Program-made: the position numbers and the translations under genes
The notes under the pieces: generated by a model
Seen by the model: the letters and a program-made list of their open reading frames with translations, nothing else
What the model was told of the DNA's origin: nothing
Database searches by the model: none
Part shown: one piece after another, positions 7,485 through 16,967 of the stretch
How positions within the stretch are numbered: the stretch's first letter is position 1
Layout of the letters: the number at the start of each line of letters is the position of its first letter
Source of the DNA: a virus
Lineage: Duplodnaviria; Caudoviricetes
Direction: 5' to 3' (one strand)
Virus record (IMG/VR): IMGVR_UViG_3300025738_000175
Coordinates: 1-36,364 of that record
Length of the DNA stretch: 36,364 nucleotides

Positions 7485-7866
7485 ACGTATGACCGCCGCT
7501 CAGCTTAACGCAGTGATCAATAACCCCAAGCCCAAGGGCAACAAGTACAACGCTAAGCGTGTAACGGTCGACGGCATAACCTTCGATTCCGATAAGGAGG
7601 CACGGCGCTGGGCGTCACTCAATCTTTTACAACGGGCCGGTAAGATCAGCGACTTGCAACGTCAGGAGGTGATTTATCTGCACGGGCTGAAAGAGCCACT
7701 GAAGACACGCACAGGCAAGCCGATGCGGATCACGGTTGATTTCGCCTATAGGGACACTGAGACAGGCTTGCGGGTCTATGAGGACGCCAAGGGCATGCCA
7801 ACGCGTGACTATGAGGTGCGCCGTGCTGTTGCTGCCGCCCAAGGGGTTGAGGTGGTCGAGGTATGA
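7471..7866 (+). CDS. DUF1064-family putative endonuclease
   Basis: NKYNAKRVTVDGITFDSDKEARRW...VDFAY...EDAKG; GGAGG RBS. Confidence 0.8.
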   Translation: MSQPERMTAAQLNAVINNPKPKGNKYNAKRVTVDGITFDSDKEARRWASLNLLQRAGKISDLQRQEVIYLHGLKEPLKTRTGKPMRITVDFAYRDTETGLRVYEDAKGMPTRDYEVRRAVAAAQGVEVVEV

Positions 7867-8087
7867 GCCTGAACCTTATTGAGAGGATCCGTGTGTATGC
7901 GATCGCAGGCAACGCCGTGGCAATACCAGCAGACGACGCGCGAACATTATGCACATTGGCAGAGACAGGCCTTGCACGCATCTCGACGATTAAAGCGATG
8001 GAAAATAAACTGAAGGTGCGGCTGGGCGTTGTGTTTTGGCTGATCGCTTTCAATGCTCTCTGCACTGCATGGTTGGTGTTGACCTGA
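7863..8087 (+). CDS. Small hypothetical membrane protein
   Basis: C-terminal hydrophobic segment; coupled overlaps on both sides. Confidence 0.65.
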   Translation: MSLNLIERIRVYAIAGNAVAIPADDARTLCTLAETGLARISTIKAMENKLKVRLGVVFWLIAFNALCTAWLVLT

Positions 8088-8785
8088 TGGCCGCTTCTGC
8101 AAAGCCGCTGTTTCGCGCAATCGCAGGACAAAACCCGGAAGGAAACCCGGCGCCATTGTTCTCTGGTGTGTTACCTGCCCAGCGCGCGCCAGAAACAGGC
8201 CGTGATCCTCTGGACTATGACCCAACACCCGCCAGCGCTACAGCGGCGTTTCTGGCGGTTGAGAACGTACATATCAACGCGCACCCCGGCAAGGTGTGGG
8301 AAAGTGCCGTGGGAGGTGGTCACATGGCCCACGTGTTGAAGACCAACGGTCATGACGTGATCGGTTCTGATGTTGTTAACCGCGGCTATCCGGGTGTGAT
8401 CCTGCAAAGCCTTTATGATTTTGATGAAGCGCCATCGAGCAAGATGATCACGAACCCGCCTTACTGCGAAATCAACGCCCGCGATGGCCATGGGCGTTGG
8501 TTAAAACACGCGCTGGGCTTGGGCTGTGGTTATATCGCCTTCCTGCTGAATGCAGATTGGCCGGCTGCCCGTATCAACGGGATGGATACGCTCTTGCACG
8601 ATCATCCACCATCGATCGAGCTTCTGTGTTGTTGGAAGGTTGATTTCAGAGGGCTGGGGGCACCACCCCAGCGCAACAGCTGGTTCGTCTGGGATACAAA
8701 CCGCCCGGCACCTGAGCCGAACGCATGGACGCGCAAGCGGCTTTACCGCGATTTTATTGATCCCCGCCAAGAGGTGCTTTTATGA
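8087..8785 (+). CDS. Putative amino-type (N6-adenine) DNA methyltransferase
   Basis: DYDPTP, VWESAVGGGHM SAM-binding motif and ITNPPY catalytic motif. Confidence 0.7.
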   Translation: MAASAKPLFRAIAGQNPEGNPAPLFSGVLPAQRAPETGRDPLDYDPTPASATAAFLAVENVHINAHPGKVWESAVGGGHMAHVLKTNGHDVIGSDVVNRGYPGVILQSLYDFDEAPSSKMITNPPYCEINARDGHGRWLKHALGLGCGYIAFLLNADWPAARINGMDTLLHDHPPSIELLCCWKVDFRGLGAPPQRNSWFVWDTNRPAPEPNAWTRKRLYRDFIDPRQEVLL

Positions 8786-9174
8786 ATGCAGCGCTGCCGG
8801 AATCGGTTGCTGAGATTGCAGATGTGATTGGGGAAGAACAAACGTTTCATTTGATCGGGCAATTACCACAGTCAGGTTCACGCAAATGGCGGGTGTGTGT
8901 CTATGTTCCAAAAATATTGCCTATTGATCACCAGCTGGTGCGAATATTGGGATGGTCTGATGCACACAAGCTGTCGCGGGCGTTCTCTGGAATGATATTG
9001 CAGCCGTCAAACTGTAGGTTTTTGGTGAGGCAGGCACGGAACCAGCGGATCCACGAAATGGCGGAAGAAGGTTGCGCGGTCATAGACATTGCGCATGGCG
9101 TTGACCTGTCAGTTTATCGAGTGCGTGAGATATTAGCAGGTGAAGGGGTAGCAGCACTTAATTTACCGAGTTAA
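8782..9174 (+). CDS. Mor/C-family late transcription activator
   Basis: LPESVAEIADVIG...RNQRIHEM...IAHGVDLSVYRVREIL; last gene of the early operon. Confidence 0.7.
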   Translation: MNAALPESVAEIADVIGEEQTFHLIGQLPQSGSRKWRVCVYVPKILPIDHQLVRILGWSDAHKLSRAFSGMILQPSNCRFLVRQARNQRIHEMAEEGCAVIDIAHGVDLSVYRVREILAGEGVAALNLPS

Positions 9175-9266
9175 CTTTCCTAAAGGGATTATTCTGGTTG
9201 GCACGATTCGATTGCGTTAAATGCGTGGAAACTTAACGTTCTAGGACCGTATAAGGTAATTTAAAG

Positions 9267-12200
9267 ATGAAAATTAACGAAGTGATTGGGCATATTCGTA
9301 ATGCGGAGAACATCACCCTAATAGTCGGTGCGGGAGCTTCACGAAGTGCTGGTATTCCCACCGCTCTAGAATTAGTAACGATGATCGAAAATGATTTTGC
9401 GCACTGTCTCTCTACGCTGTCCTCTGTCGAGCGCTTGGATTATGGGAAGGTGATGGGAGCACTTGCTCCTGCAGATCGTAAAAGGCTTATTGAGCCAATG
9501 TTGCAAGATGAAAAAATGAATTGGGGGCATGTTGCCCTTGCCAACATTGTTCTGACAACCGAAGTCCGGCGCGTATTAACATTTAATTTTGATTTCTTGC
9601 TCGAACGCGCTGTGAGCCTCATGGGGGCGCATTTGCCGGTTTATGATTTTGGCGTAGCACCGTCATCACATGTTACAGGTTTGGCTGATAAGGCTATCTT
9701 CCATCTGCATGGGCAAAGCTATGGGCTCACTTTATTGAATACTGAAGACGAAACGCAAAGTCATGCGGCGAAACTTCGGCCACTCCTCGCGGATAGTTTA
9801 CGTAATCACCTTACGATTGTAGTCGGTTACAGTGGTAAATCCGATGCTGCATTCACTGTGATAGAGGAAGTCTTCGACTGTAATAACAATTTGATTTGGC
9901 TTGGGTTTGAAGCTGAACCGGAAGCGCATTTGAGGCAGTTGTTAGCAAAAAATTATGCCCATTATGTGGGCGATTGTGATTTCGATATGACAATGCTTGA
10001 GATTGCCCGTGGAGTCGGGAGTTGGCCAATTCCGATTATTGATAACCCTCCAGCGCACGTCTTAAAGGCTCTCAGCCCATTACCTGATTTTCCGGTAGCT
10101 GAGAAGGAGCAAACCGCAGTCCTGACTGACACTCGCAAAAGATTGAATGAAGTGGCCGAGAAGTGGAGTGAAGAGCGTACAGGCGCTGAGGAAGCTGCAA
10201 GTCAGTTAATGTCCGGGCAAGAAAGTGAAGCTGTTTCAGCTAACGTAAATGATTCTGACGAAGAGCGCGAAATCCGTGCATGGGTATTTATTACACAAGG
10301 AAACAAATTTCTACAAAAAGCAGAAATGCTTTCGGGCGATGCCCAGGTTGAAAAATTTGAGGAAGCGGAGAAAAAATACGCGACCGCACTTGAGATCAAA
10401 TCTGATATACATTCGGCGTTCACTAACTGGGGTATTTTGCTTAGCATTCAAGCCGGAACGTTATCAGGGGATGCCCAAATTGAAAAAATCGAGGAAGCGG
10501 GGAGGAAATACGCAGCCGCACTTGAGATCAAACCTGACCTGCCAGAGGCGCTCACCAATTGGGGCACATTGTTGAGGAAACAAGCGGAAACCCTTTCAGG
10601 GGATGCCCAAGTTGAGAAATTTGCGGAAGCGGAGGGAAAATACGCGGCTGCACATGAGATCAAACCTGACATGCCAGAAGTGCTCACCCATTGGGGCGCC
10701 TTGTTGAGGAAGCAAGCGGAAACCCTTTCGGGAGACGCCCAGTTTGAAAAATTCGAGGAAGCGGGGGGGAAATACGCGACCGCACTTGAAATTAAACCTG
10801 ACATGCCGGAGGTGCACACTAGCTGGGGTATTTTGCTGGGTGTTCAAGCGGAAACGCTTTCAGGGGATGCTCAGGTTGAAAAATTTGAGGAAGCGGGGGA
10901 AAAATTCGAGACCGCACTTGAGATCAAACCTGACCTGCTGGAGGCGCTCACCAATTGGGGCACCCTGTTGAGGAATCAAGCGGAAACCCTTTCAGGGGAA
11001 GCCCAAGTTGAAAAGTTTGAGGAAGCGGAGGAAAAATACGCGACCGCACTTAAAATCAAACCTGACCTGCCAGAAGCGCACGCAAACTGGGGCGTCTTGC
11101 TGAGCATGCAAGCGGCAACGCTTTCAGGAGATGCCCAGGTTAAGAAATTCGAGGAAGCGGGGGAAAAGTACGCGACCGCACTTAAGATCAAACCTGACCT
11201 GCTGGAGGCGTTCACTAACTGGGGTACCTTGTTGAGGAATCAGGCAGAAACCCTTTCAGGGGATGCCCAAGTTGAGAAATTCCAGGAAGCGGGGAGGAAA
11301 TACGCGGCCGCATTTGAGATAAAACCTGACATGCCAGAAGTGCTCACCAATTGGGGTGTCTTGCTGAGTATTCAAGCGGCAACGCTTTCAGGAGACGCCC
11401 AGATTGAGAAATTCGCGGAAGCGGAGGGAAAATACGCGGCCGCACTTGAGATCAAACCTGACATGGCGGGCACCCTCGCTAGCTGGGGCGGCATGTTGGG
11501 GGAGCAAGCCACAACGCTTTCAGGCGATGCCCAGGCTGAGAAATTTGAGGAAGCAGGGAAGAAGTGCGCGGCAGCTCTTGAGATCAAACCAGACATGCTG
11601 GAAGCACTCACCAATTGGAGCAGCATGTTGGGGGAACAAGCTGCAAAGCTTTCAGGGGATGCCCAGGTTGAGAAATTTGAGGAAGCGGGGAAATTATACG
11701 CGGCTGCACTTGAGATCAAACCTGACATGCCAGAAGTGCTCACCAATTGGGGTGTCTTGCTGAGCATTCAAGCAGCAGTGCTTTCAGGAGATGCCCAAGT
11801 TGAAAAATTCCAGGAAGCTGGGGAAAAATATGCGGCCGCACTTGAGATCAAACCTGACATGCTGCAGGCGCTTATTAACTGGGGCGCCTTGTTGAGGAAT
11901 CAAACTGCAACGCTTTCAGGGGATGCTCAGGTTGAGAAATTTGAGGAAGCGGAGGAAAAATATGCGGCTGCACTTGAGATCAAACCTGACATGACAGAGG
12001 TGCTCATTGACTGGGGTGTTTTACTGAGCATTCAAGCTTCAACCCTTTCGGGAGATGCCCAAGTTGAAAAATTCCAGGAAGCGGAGGGAAAATATGCGGC
12101 CGCACTTGAGATCAAACCTGACATGCTGGAGGCGCTCACTAATTGGGGCACATTGTTGAGGAATCAAGCGGAAACGCTTTCGGGCGATGCCCGAGTAGAG

Positions 12201-12824
12201 AAACTTGAGGAAGCGGGGGGGAAATATGCGGCTGCACTTGAGATCAAACCAGACATGCCAGAAGTGCTCACTGACTGGGGTGTTCTACTAAGCATGCAAG
12301 CGGAAACGCTTTCAGGGGATGCTCAGGCTGAGAAATTTGAGGAAGCGGGGGAAAAATACGCGACCGCACTTGAGATCAAACCTGACGTGTTGGATGCACT
12401 CATTAACTGGGGTGGTATGTTGGGGAGGCAAGCTGCAACGCTTTCAGGGGATGCCCGGGCTGAGAAATTTGAGGAAGCGGGGGAAAAATACGCGACCGCA
12501 CTTGAGATCAAACCAGACATGCCGGAGGTGCTCGCTAACTGGGGCGGCACGCTCAGTGATGAAGCACAAACATGTTCGTTGGCAGAGAAAGAAGTGAAGC
12601 TTCAATTGGCAGAAAGTATATTATTGCGCGCAAAAGATCTCTCAGGTGAACCAAGTTACAATTTGGCATGTGTACGATCGATTAGGGGGCAAACTACTGG
12701 GGCTCTGGAAGAGCTCGAAGCGTGTCTACAAGCTAATATCTTGCCAGAAAGTAATTTTCTGCTTGATGATAAGGATTTAGATGGATTGCGTTGTGAGCCA
12801 AGATTCGAGAAACTCCTAACATGA
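9267..12824 (+). CDS. SIR2-like domain protein with TPR-like repeat array (candidate anti-phage NADase)
   Basis: GAGASRSAGIP, TFNFD, HLHG, GYSG sirtuin motifs; 17 x 44-aa repeats; YNLAC...D.DLDGLR..PRF C-terminal cap. Confidence 0.9.
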   Translation: MKINEVIGHIRNAENITLIVGAGASRSAGIPTALELVTMIENDFAHCLSTLSSVERLDYGKVMGALAPADRKRLIEPMLQDEKMNWGHVALANIVLTTEVRRVLTFNFDFLLERAVSLMGAHLPVYDFGVAPSSHVTGLADKAIFHLHGQSYGLTLLNTEDETQSHAAKLRPLLADSLRNHLTIVVGYSGKSDAAFTVIEEVFDCNNNLIWLGFEAEPEAHLRQLLAKNYAHYVGDCDFDMTMLEIARGVGSWPIPIIDNPPAHVLKALSPLPDFPVAEKEQTAVLTDTRKRLNEVAEKWSEERTGAEEAASQLMSGQESEAVSANVNDSDEEREIRAWVFITQGNKFLQKAEMLSGDAQVEKFEEAEKKYATALEIKSDIHSAFTNWGILLSIQAGTLSGDAQIEKIEEAGRKYAAALEIKPDLPEALTNWGTLLRKQAETLSGDAQVEKFAEAEGKYAAAHEIKPDMPEVLTHWGALLRKQAETLSGDAQFEKFEEAGGKYATALEIKPDMPEVHTSWGILLGVQAETLSGDAQVEKFEEAGEKFETALEIKPDLLEALTNWGTLLRNQAETLSGEAQVEKFEEAEEKYATALKIKPDLPEAHANWGVLLSMQAATLSGDAQVKKFEEAGEKYATALKIKPDLLEAFTNWGTLLRNQAETLSGDAQVEKFQEAGRKYAAAFEIKPDMPEVLTNWGVLLSIQAATLSGDAQIEKFAEAEGKYAAALEIKPDMAGTLASWGGMLGEQATTLSGDAQAEKFEEAGKKCAAALEIKPDMLEALTNWSSMLGEQAAKLSGDAQVEKFEEAGKLYAAALEIKPDMPEVLTNWGVLLSIQAAVLSGDAQVEKFQEAGEKYAAALEIKPDMLQALINWGALLRNQTATLSGDAQVEKFEEAEEKYAAALEIKPDMTEVLIDWGVLLSIQASTLSGDAQVEKFQEAEGKYAAALEIKPDMLEALTNWGTLLRNQAETLSGDARVEKLEEAGGKYAAALEIKPDMPEVLTDWGVLLSMQAETLSGDAQAEKFEEAGEKYATALEIKPDVLDALINWGGMLGRQAATLSGDARAEKFEEAGEKYATALEIKPDMPEVLANWGGTLSDEAQTCSLAEKEVKLQLAESILLRAKDLSGEPSYNLACVRSIRGQTTGALEELEACLQANILPESNFLLDDKDLDGLRCEPRFEKLLT
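10329..12572 (+). repeat. 17 tandem 132-bp coding repeats
   Basis: CTTGAGATCAAA-type anchor recurs every 132 bp from 10389 to 12501. Confidence 0.95.
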
Positions 12825-12905
12825 TGACGGCGATGGAAAATAAAAAACAAAGCTATCCTGCTGGGATGTCGTGTGTGTAAATTATTGGCAGTCGAAAGCC
12901 AGTAA

Positions 12906-12947
12906 GGGGAAGCGCCAGAGGAAAGGCGGGGCAAAGGCTGGTTTTCT
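12906..12947 (+). promoter_or_regulatory. Late-promoter motif copy 1 (lysis)
   Basis: GGGGAAGCGCCAGAGGA 12906-12922; TTTTCT at 12942-12947. Confidence 0.7.
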
Positions 12948-12974
12948 GAAGGTTCACAGACCTTGGAGCCCACC

Positions 12975-13733
12975 ATGACTGCCACCAATTTCAATAAATG
13001 CCGAGATCACGTCCTGAAATGGGAAGGCGGCTATGTCAATCACCCGCGCGATCCAGGCGGGGCGACAAATTACGGGGTGACACATAAGACCCTAGCGCGT
13101 CACCGCAAGAAACCAGTCACAAATCAAGATGTGCGCAATCTGGATAAGCGCGAAGCGGGTGAAATTTTCCGCTCAGGTTATTGGAATACTGTGCGCGGTG
13201 ATGATCTGCCCGCAGGTTTGGACCTCGTAGCCTTTGATGCTGCTGTAAACTCTGGACCGGTTCGCGGCAAAAAATGGCTTCAGCGGGCGCTTGGCGTTCT
13301 GGTTGATGGACGTATTGGTGATAAAACCATCCTTGCTGCAAACACAACTGGCAGCCGAACTGAAGTCATTCAGAAGGCTTGTGCTGCACGCATGAGCTTC
13401 CTGCGCCAGTTGCGCACTTGGTCAACATTTGGCCGTGGTTGGGCGCGTCGCGTAGCAGATACAGAGGCCGTGGCTGTCGCTATGGCTGTCCCTTCTGTTC
13501 ACCGCTTGGAAGTCGAAGCACAGGGCGCGCAAAAAGCCGCAGGGCAACAAAGAACCGCTGGGGTGTCTGTTGCTGGTGGTGGCGTTGCAAGTGGCCTGTC
13601 TGGCCTTCCTGAGATTGCTATATGGGCGTGCTTGGGTGTTGCTTTGATCGTTGCTGGGATTATGGCCTTACGCGCAGTTCATCATTCCCGCCGTGCGCAG
13701 GCATACGCCCGTGTTGCAACAGAGGTGCTGTGA
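12975..13733 (+). CDS. Endolysin, glycoside hydrolase family 108, with C-terminal hydrophobic segment
   Basis: EGGYVNHPRDPGGATNYGVT; FGRGWARRV; GGAG RBS before ATG 12975. Confidence 0.9.
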   Translation: MTATNFNKCRDHVLKWEGGYVNHPRDPGGATNYGVTHKTLARHRKKPVTNQDVRNLDKREAGEIFRSGYWNTVRGDDLPAGLDLVAFDAAVNSGPVRGKKWLQRALGVLVDGRIGDKTILAANTTGSRTEVIQKACAARMSFLRQLRTWSTFGRGWARRVADTEAVAVAMAVPSVHRLEVEAQGAQKAAGQQRTAGVSVAGGGVASGLSGLPEIAIWACLGVALIVAGIMALRAVHHSRRAQAYARVATEVL

Positions 13734-13951
13734 TGCTGAAACCATTCTGGCAATCAAAAACCATTTGGTTCAATTTGCTTACCGGCCTTGTTGCCTGTGC
13801 GAATGAATTGGCCCCTGTCGTCGATCAATTGGCCATGGCAGGCTGGGGTGACGATCGGGTAGCAATGGCGCGCAGCGCTGTCATGGTCACCACAATCATC
13901 GGCAATCTGATTTTGCGTCCAATGACGAATGCTGGGGTGACATTGCGGTGA
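13733..13951 (+). CDS. Holin-like small membrane protein
   Basis: KPFWQSKTIWFN start, two hydrophobic segments, follows the endolysin. Confidence 0.6.
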   Translation: MLKPFWQSKTIWFNLLTGLVACANELAPVVDQLAMAGWGDDRVAMARSAVMVTTIIGNLILRPMTNAGVTLR

Positions 13952-14370
13952 GTAGCATTCTGGCGTTTTTCATAAAGATAGGTTTTGGCGGCATCGTGGA
14001 GAAAGCCTTGACGCATATCGAGCGCAAGGCAGAGCTTGGCAACGATCGGGCACGGATCAAGGCGGAAACTACAGTTGCTATCGCGCGTGAGGCCGTGGCT
14101 GAAACGCAGATCATGGCAGATTACAACAAAGCCAAGCTGTCTTTTCCTTGGTTCTGGATCTTTGCCGGGATGTTTCTTTGCCCGTTGGCGCTCTGGTGGT
14201 GCGCTGTGTTTGTCGACAGCATTCCCTACCTGCGCGATGTGTTTGGCGATCAAGATGTTTACGACCTGCCGACGCCACAGATGCAGCAATGGGCAGGCGA
14301 TATGATCAGCTGGCTGTTCTACGTGGGCTCAGGCGTAGGCGCGTTGAAATCATTCAAGTTGATACGATAG
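13948..14370 (+). CDS. Lysis-cassette membrane protein (holin-like)
   Basis: Hydrophobic segments; coupled to the previous gene. Confidence 0.6.
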   Translation: MSSILAFFIKIGFGGIVEKALTHIERKAELGNDRARIKAETTVAIAREAVAETQIMADYNKAKLSFPWFWIFAGMFLCPLALWWCAVFVDSIPYLRDVFGDQDVYDLPTPQMQQWAGDMISWLFYVGSGVGALKSFKLIR

Positions 14371-14383
14371 CCCGCAGAAAAAC

Positions 14384-14429
14384 GGGTCCTTCCCAAGGGG
14401 GGAGAGGCCTGTGGGTGTTAGACATCGCA
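14384..14429 (+). other. Putative lambda-like cos site (cosQ + cosN)
   Basis: GGGTCCT 14384-14390, then 23 nt, then TGTG|GGTGTTAGACAT|CGCA; just upstream of terS. Confidence 0.65.
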
Positions 14430-14493
14430 AAAAAACATTTGTGCGAGGATTTAAAAACGTTGGCCTACTACTATTACTTTGGAGCGCTGAAGC

Positions 14494-15042
14494 ATGAGCA
14501 ATAGGGTCGGAAAAGGACACATATTGAACCGTGCAGCAACTGCGGATTTATTCGGTATCGCTATGACAACGTTGGATGATTGGGTTCGCCGTGGTTGTCC
14601 TGCGGTGGAACGTGGGTCACGCGGTAAGCCATGGAAATTCAACTCTGCAGAAGTCCACGGATGGCGCGAAGATTGCATTCGAGAAGAGGCCAGCGGGGTT
14701 CAGGTTGCCAGTAATGATGAACTGAAGCGCCGGAAGCTAGAAGCCGAAACCGAAATGGTTGAACTTGAATTGGCGCAGGCAAAAGACTTGGTTGCGCCGA
14801 TCGAACAAATTCAACGCGCCATGGCAAAAGCATTTGGTGAAGTGCGCGCTGGTCTGCGTAATGTTTTACCGGGTCGCGCCGCGCGCGGATTGATCGGCAT
14901 CACAGATGAAACTGAAATCAAAGCTGTGATCTTGGGCGAGGTGGATCAGGTTCTAGAAGTGCTTTCAGACAGTGATTTGATTGCTGAATCTGATCTGGAA
15001 ATTGACGATGAAGACGACCAAGAAAATGGGGGTGACGATTGA
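14494..15042 (+). CDS. Terminase small subunit (Nu1-like)
   Basis: LNRAATADLFGIAMTTLDDWVRRGCP wHTH plus coiled coil. Confidence 0.88.
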   Translation: MSNRVGKGHILNRAATADLFGIAMTTLDDWVRRGCPAVERGSRGKPWKFNSAEVHGWREDCIREEASGVQVASNDELKRRKLEAETEMVELELAQAKDLVAPIEQIQRAMAKAFGEVRAGLRNVLPGRAARGLIGITDETEIKAVILGEVDQVLEVLSDSDLIAESDLEIDDEDDQENGGDD

Positions 15043-16967
15043 ATGCACGCGCAAACTTTGGAAACGCCCGTGCAATCGTCCAAGCGGCAAAGAAGACGCA
15101 AAAATTCTTGCGTCCTCCTCCAAAGTTGTCGCCCTCAGAATGGGCTGAACAAAACGTAAAAATTCCCGTTGGGAATGCCATTCCCGGCAAGATCCGTTTC
15201 GACAATGCTCCGTATCAACGTGAACCGCTGGACATGATGGACGATCCTTCATGCCAGCGGATTACTTTGATGTGGGGGGCGCAAGTCGGAAAGACGCAGC
15301 TGGCGCTTTGTGGTCAGGCGTTTTTCATTGCTCAAGATCCTTGTTCGCAAATCATGATGCAACCAAGCCAGGGCGATTTGACAACGTGGCTGGAAACAAA
15401 ATTCAACCCACTGGTGGAAGCAAATGCCGATCTGCAAGAGGCCATCGCCAAGCCGCGTGGCCGTGATGGCGTAAACAACCAACGAATGAAAAGTTATCCG
15501 GGCGGCTTCATGATGTATTCATGGTCTGGGTCGCCCAAAACTATGCGGGGCAGATCCGCGCCCAAAATCGTTTGCGACGAAACCGATGGTTACGATCGAA
15601 CCAACGAAGGGCATCCGGTTGGCTTGTTGTGGCAGCGAGCCGCAACCTTTGGGGATCAGCGCCTGTTGGTTGAGATCAGCACGCCCACAATCAAGGGTGT
15701 CAGCTGGATAGAATCCGCATTTGAAGAAGGCGACCAGCGCCGGTTTAATATCATTTGCCCAAGCTGCGAAGAACACCAAACGCTGAAATGGGCGGGGGTG
15801 CGTTGGGACAAGGACGAAGAGGGCCAGCATCTTCCCGAAACGGCCCATTATGTCTGCCAAAAAAACGGCTGTGTCCTCACAGACGCCGAACGGGTGACCT
15901 GCATTCGCACTGCAGAAGATAACGGGGCAGGGTGGAAAGCAACCAAACCATTCAGAGGCCATGCCTCTTATCACCTGTCAGAGCTATATTCGTGCTTCAC
16001 GCGCTTGCGCGACATCGTTCAATCGTTCTTGGACAAGAAAGCTGCAAACGATTTGCAGACATTTACCAACGTTTCACTGGCTGAAACATGGATAGAGGAA
16101 GCGGACGAGGTTGCAGCGGATAAACTGATTTCACGCGTGCAGAAATATGCGGCTCAAGTTCCTATGGGGGTAGGGGTGTTGACGGCTGGCGCTGATATGC
16201 AAACTGATCGCCTAGAAGTGGAAGTCGTTGGCTGGGGGCTTGGTGAGGAAAGTTGGAATATTGATTACAAAGTCTTCTGGGGTGACCCGATGGAGGACGC
16301 TGTTTGGAATGAACTCTTTGAATATCTGTCACAGACATTCACCCATGAGAGCGGTGCAGAACTGCGCATATCATCTACCTGCGTCGATACCGGGGGCAAC
16401 GGCGGCTTTACCCAGTCAGCATATGAACATCTTGCAGGGAAACACCGGAGCAAGATTTTTGCCGTCAAGGGCGTAGGCGGTTGGGATCGTCCCGTTGTGA
16501 CGGCTCCGAAGAAAGTCAAAACGGGCCGCCGTGGTCGGCCTGTGTCTTTGTTCACAGTCGGCACCGATGAAACAAAGCTATTGGTTGCACGCCGCTTCAC
16601 CTTTGAAGATGGGCCGGGCTGTTGCCATTACAGCGATGAACGTGATCAGGAATATTTCGACCAGATGACGGCGGAACGGTTGGTCACAAAAATGGTGCGG
16701 GGCTTTACGTTTCGGGAATGGCACAAAGCCCGCGATCGAAATGAGGCCTTTGATTGTCGTATCTACGCCTACGCCGCTTTGAAAATTGATAAGCCAAATA
16801 TTGCACATCGATTGGCGCGGTTGAAACCGATCGGGCCAGAGGTCGCGTCGCAACCTGACCCAGCGGGGGAACCGCCAGAGGAAGAGAAGAAGCCATTGCG
16901 CAAAACTAGGCGCAAAGCCCGATCACGTAAGAGGCGCGGTGTCCGGGCGCATAACGATGGGTTCTAA
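15039..16967 (+). CDS. Terminase large subunit (lambda GpA family)
   Basis: GAQVGKT Walker A, VCDETD Walker B, ISTPT, RNEAFDCRIYA. Confidence 0.95.
   Translation: MNARANFGNARAIVQAAKKTQKFLRPPPKLSPSEWAEQNVKIPVGNAIPGKIRFDNAPYQREPLDMMDDPSCQRITLMWGAQVGKTQLALCGQAFFIAQDPCSQIMMQPSQGDLTTWLETKFNPLVEANADLQEAIAKPRGRDGVNNQRMKSYPGGFMMYSWSGSPKTMRGRSAPKIVCDETDGYDRTNEGHPVGLLWQRAATFGDQRLLVEISTPTIKGVSWIESAFEEGDQRRFNIICPSCEEHQTLKWAGVRWDKDEEGQHLPETAHYVCQKNGCVLTDAERVTCIRTAEDNGAGWKATKPFRGHASYHLSELYSCFTRLRDIVQSFLDKKAANDLQTFTNVSLAETWIEEADEVAADKLISRVQKYAAQVPMGVGVLTAGADMQTDRLEVEVVGWGLGEESWNIDYKVFWGDPMEDAVWNELFEYLSQTFTHESGAELRISSTCVDTGGNGGFTQSAYEHLAGKHRSKIFAVKGVGGWDRPVVTAPKKVKTGRRGRPVSLFTVGTDETKLLVARRFTFEDGPGCCHYSDERDQEYFDQMTAERLVTKMVRGFTFREWHKARDRNEAFDCRIYAYAALKIDKPNIAHRLARLKPIGPEVASQPDPAGEPPEEEKKPLRKTRRKARSRKRRGVRAHNDGF
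16866..16907 (+). promoter_or_regulatory. Late-promoter motif copy 2 (inside terL 3' end)
   Basis: GGGGAACCGCCAGAGGA 16866-16882; AAAACT at 16902-16907. Confidence 0.7.

Noticed and set aside
9199-9215. Sigma-54 promoter (TGGCACG...TTGC) before the SIR2 gene
   Set aside because: GG and GC are 12 nt apart rather than the required 10
10329-12572. CRISPR array or DGR template/variable repeats
   Set aside because: In-frame coding repeats without unique spacers; no cas or reverse transcriptase gene in the window
10202-12597. Many short ORFs in other frames of the repeat region
   Set aside because: Shadows of the 132-bp coding repeat
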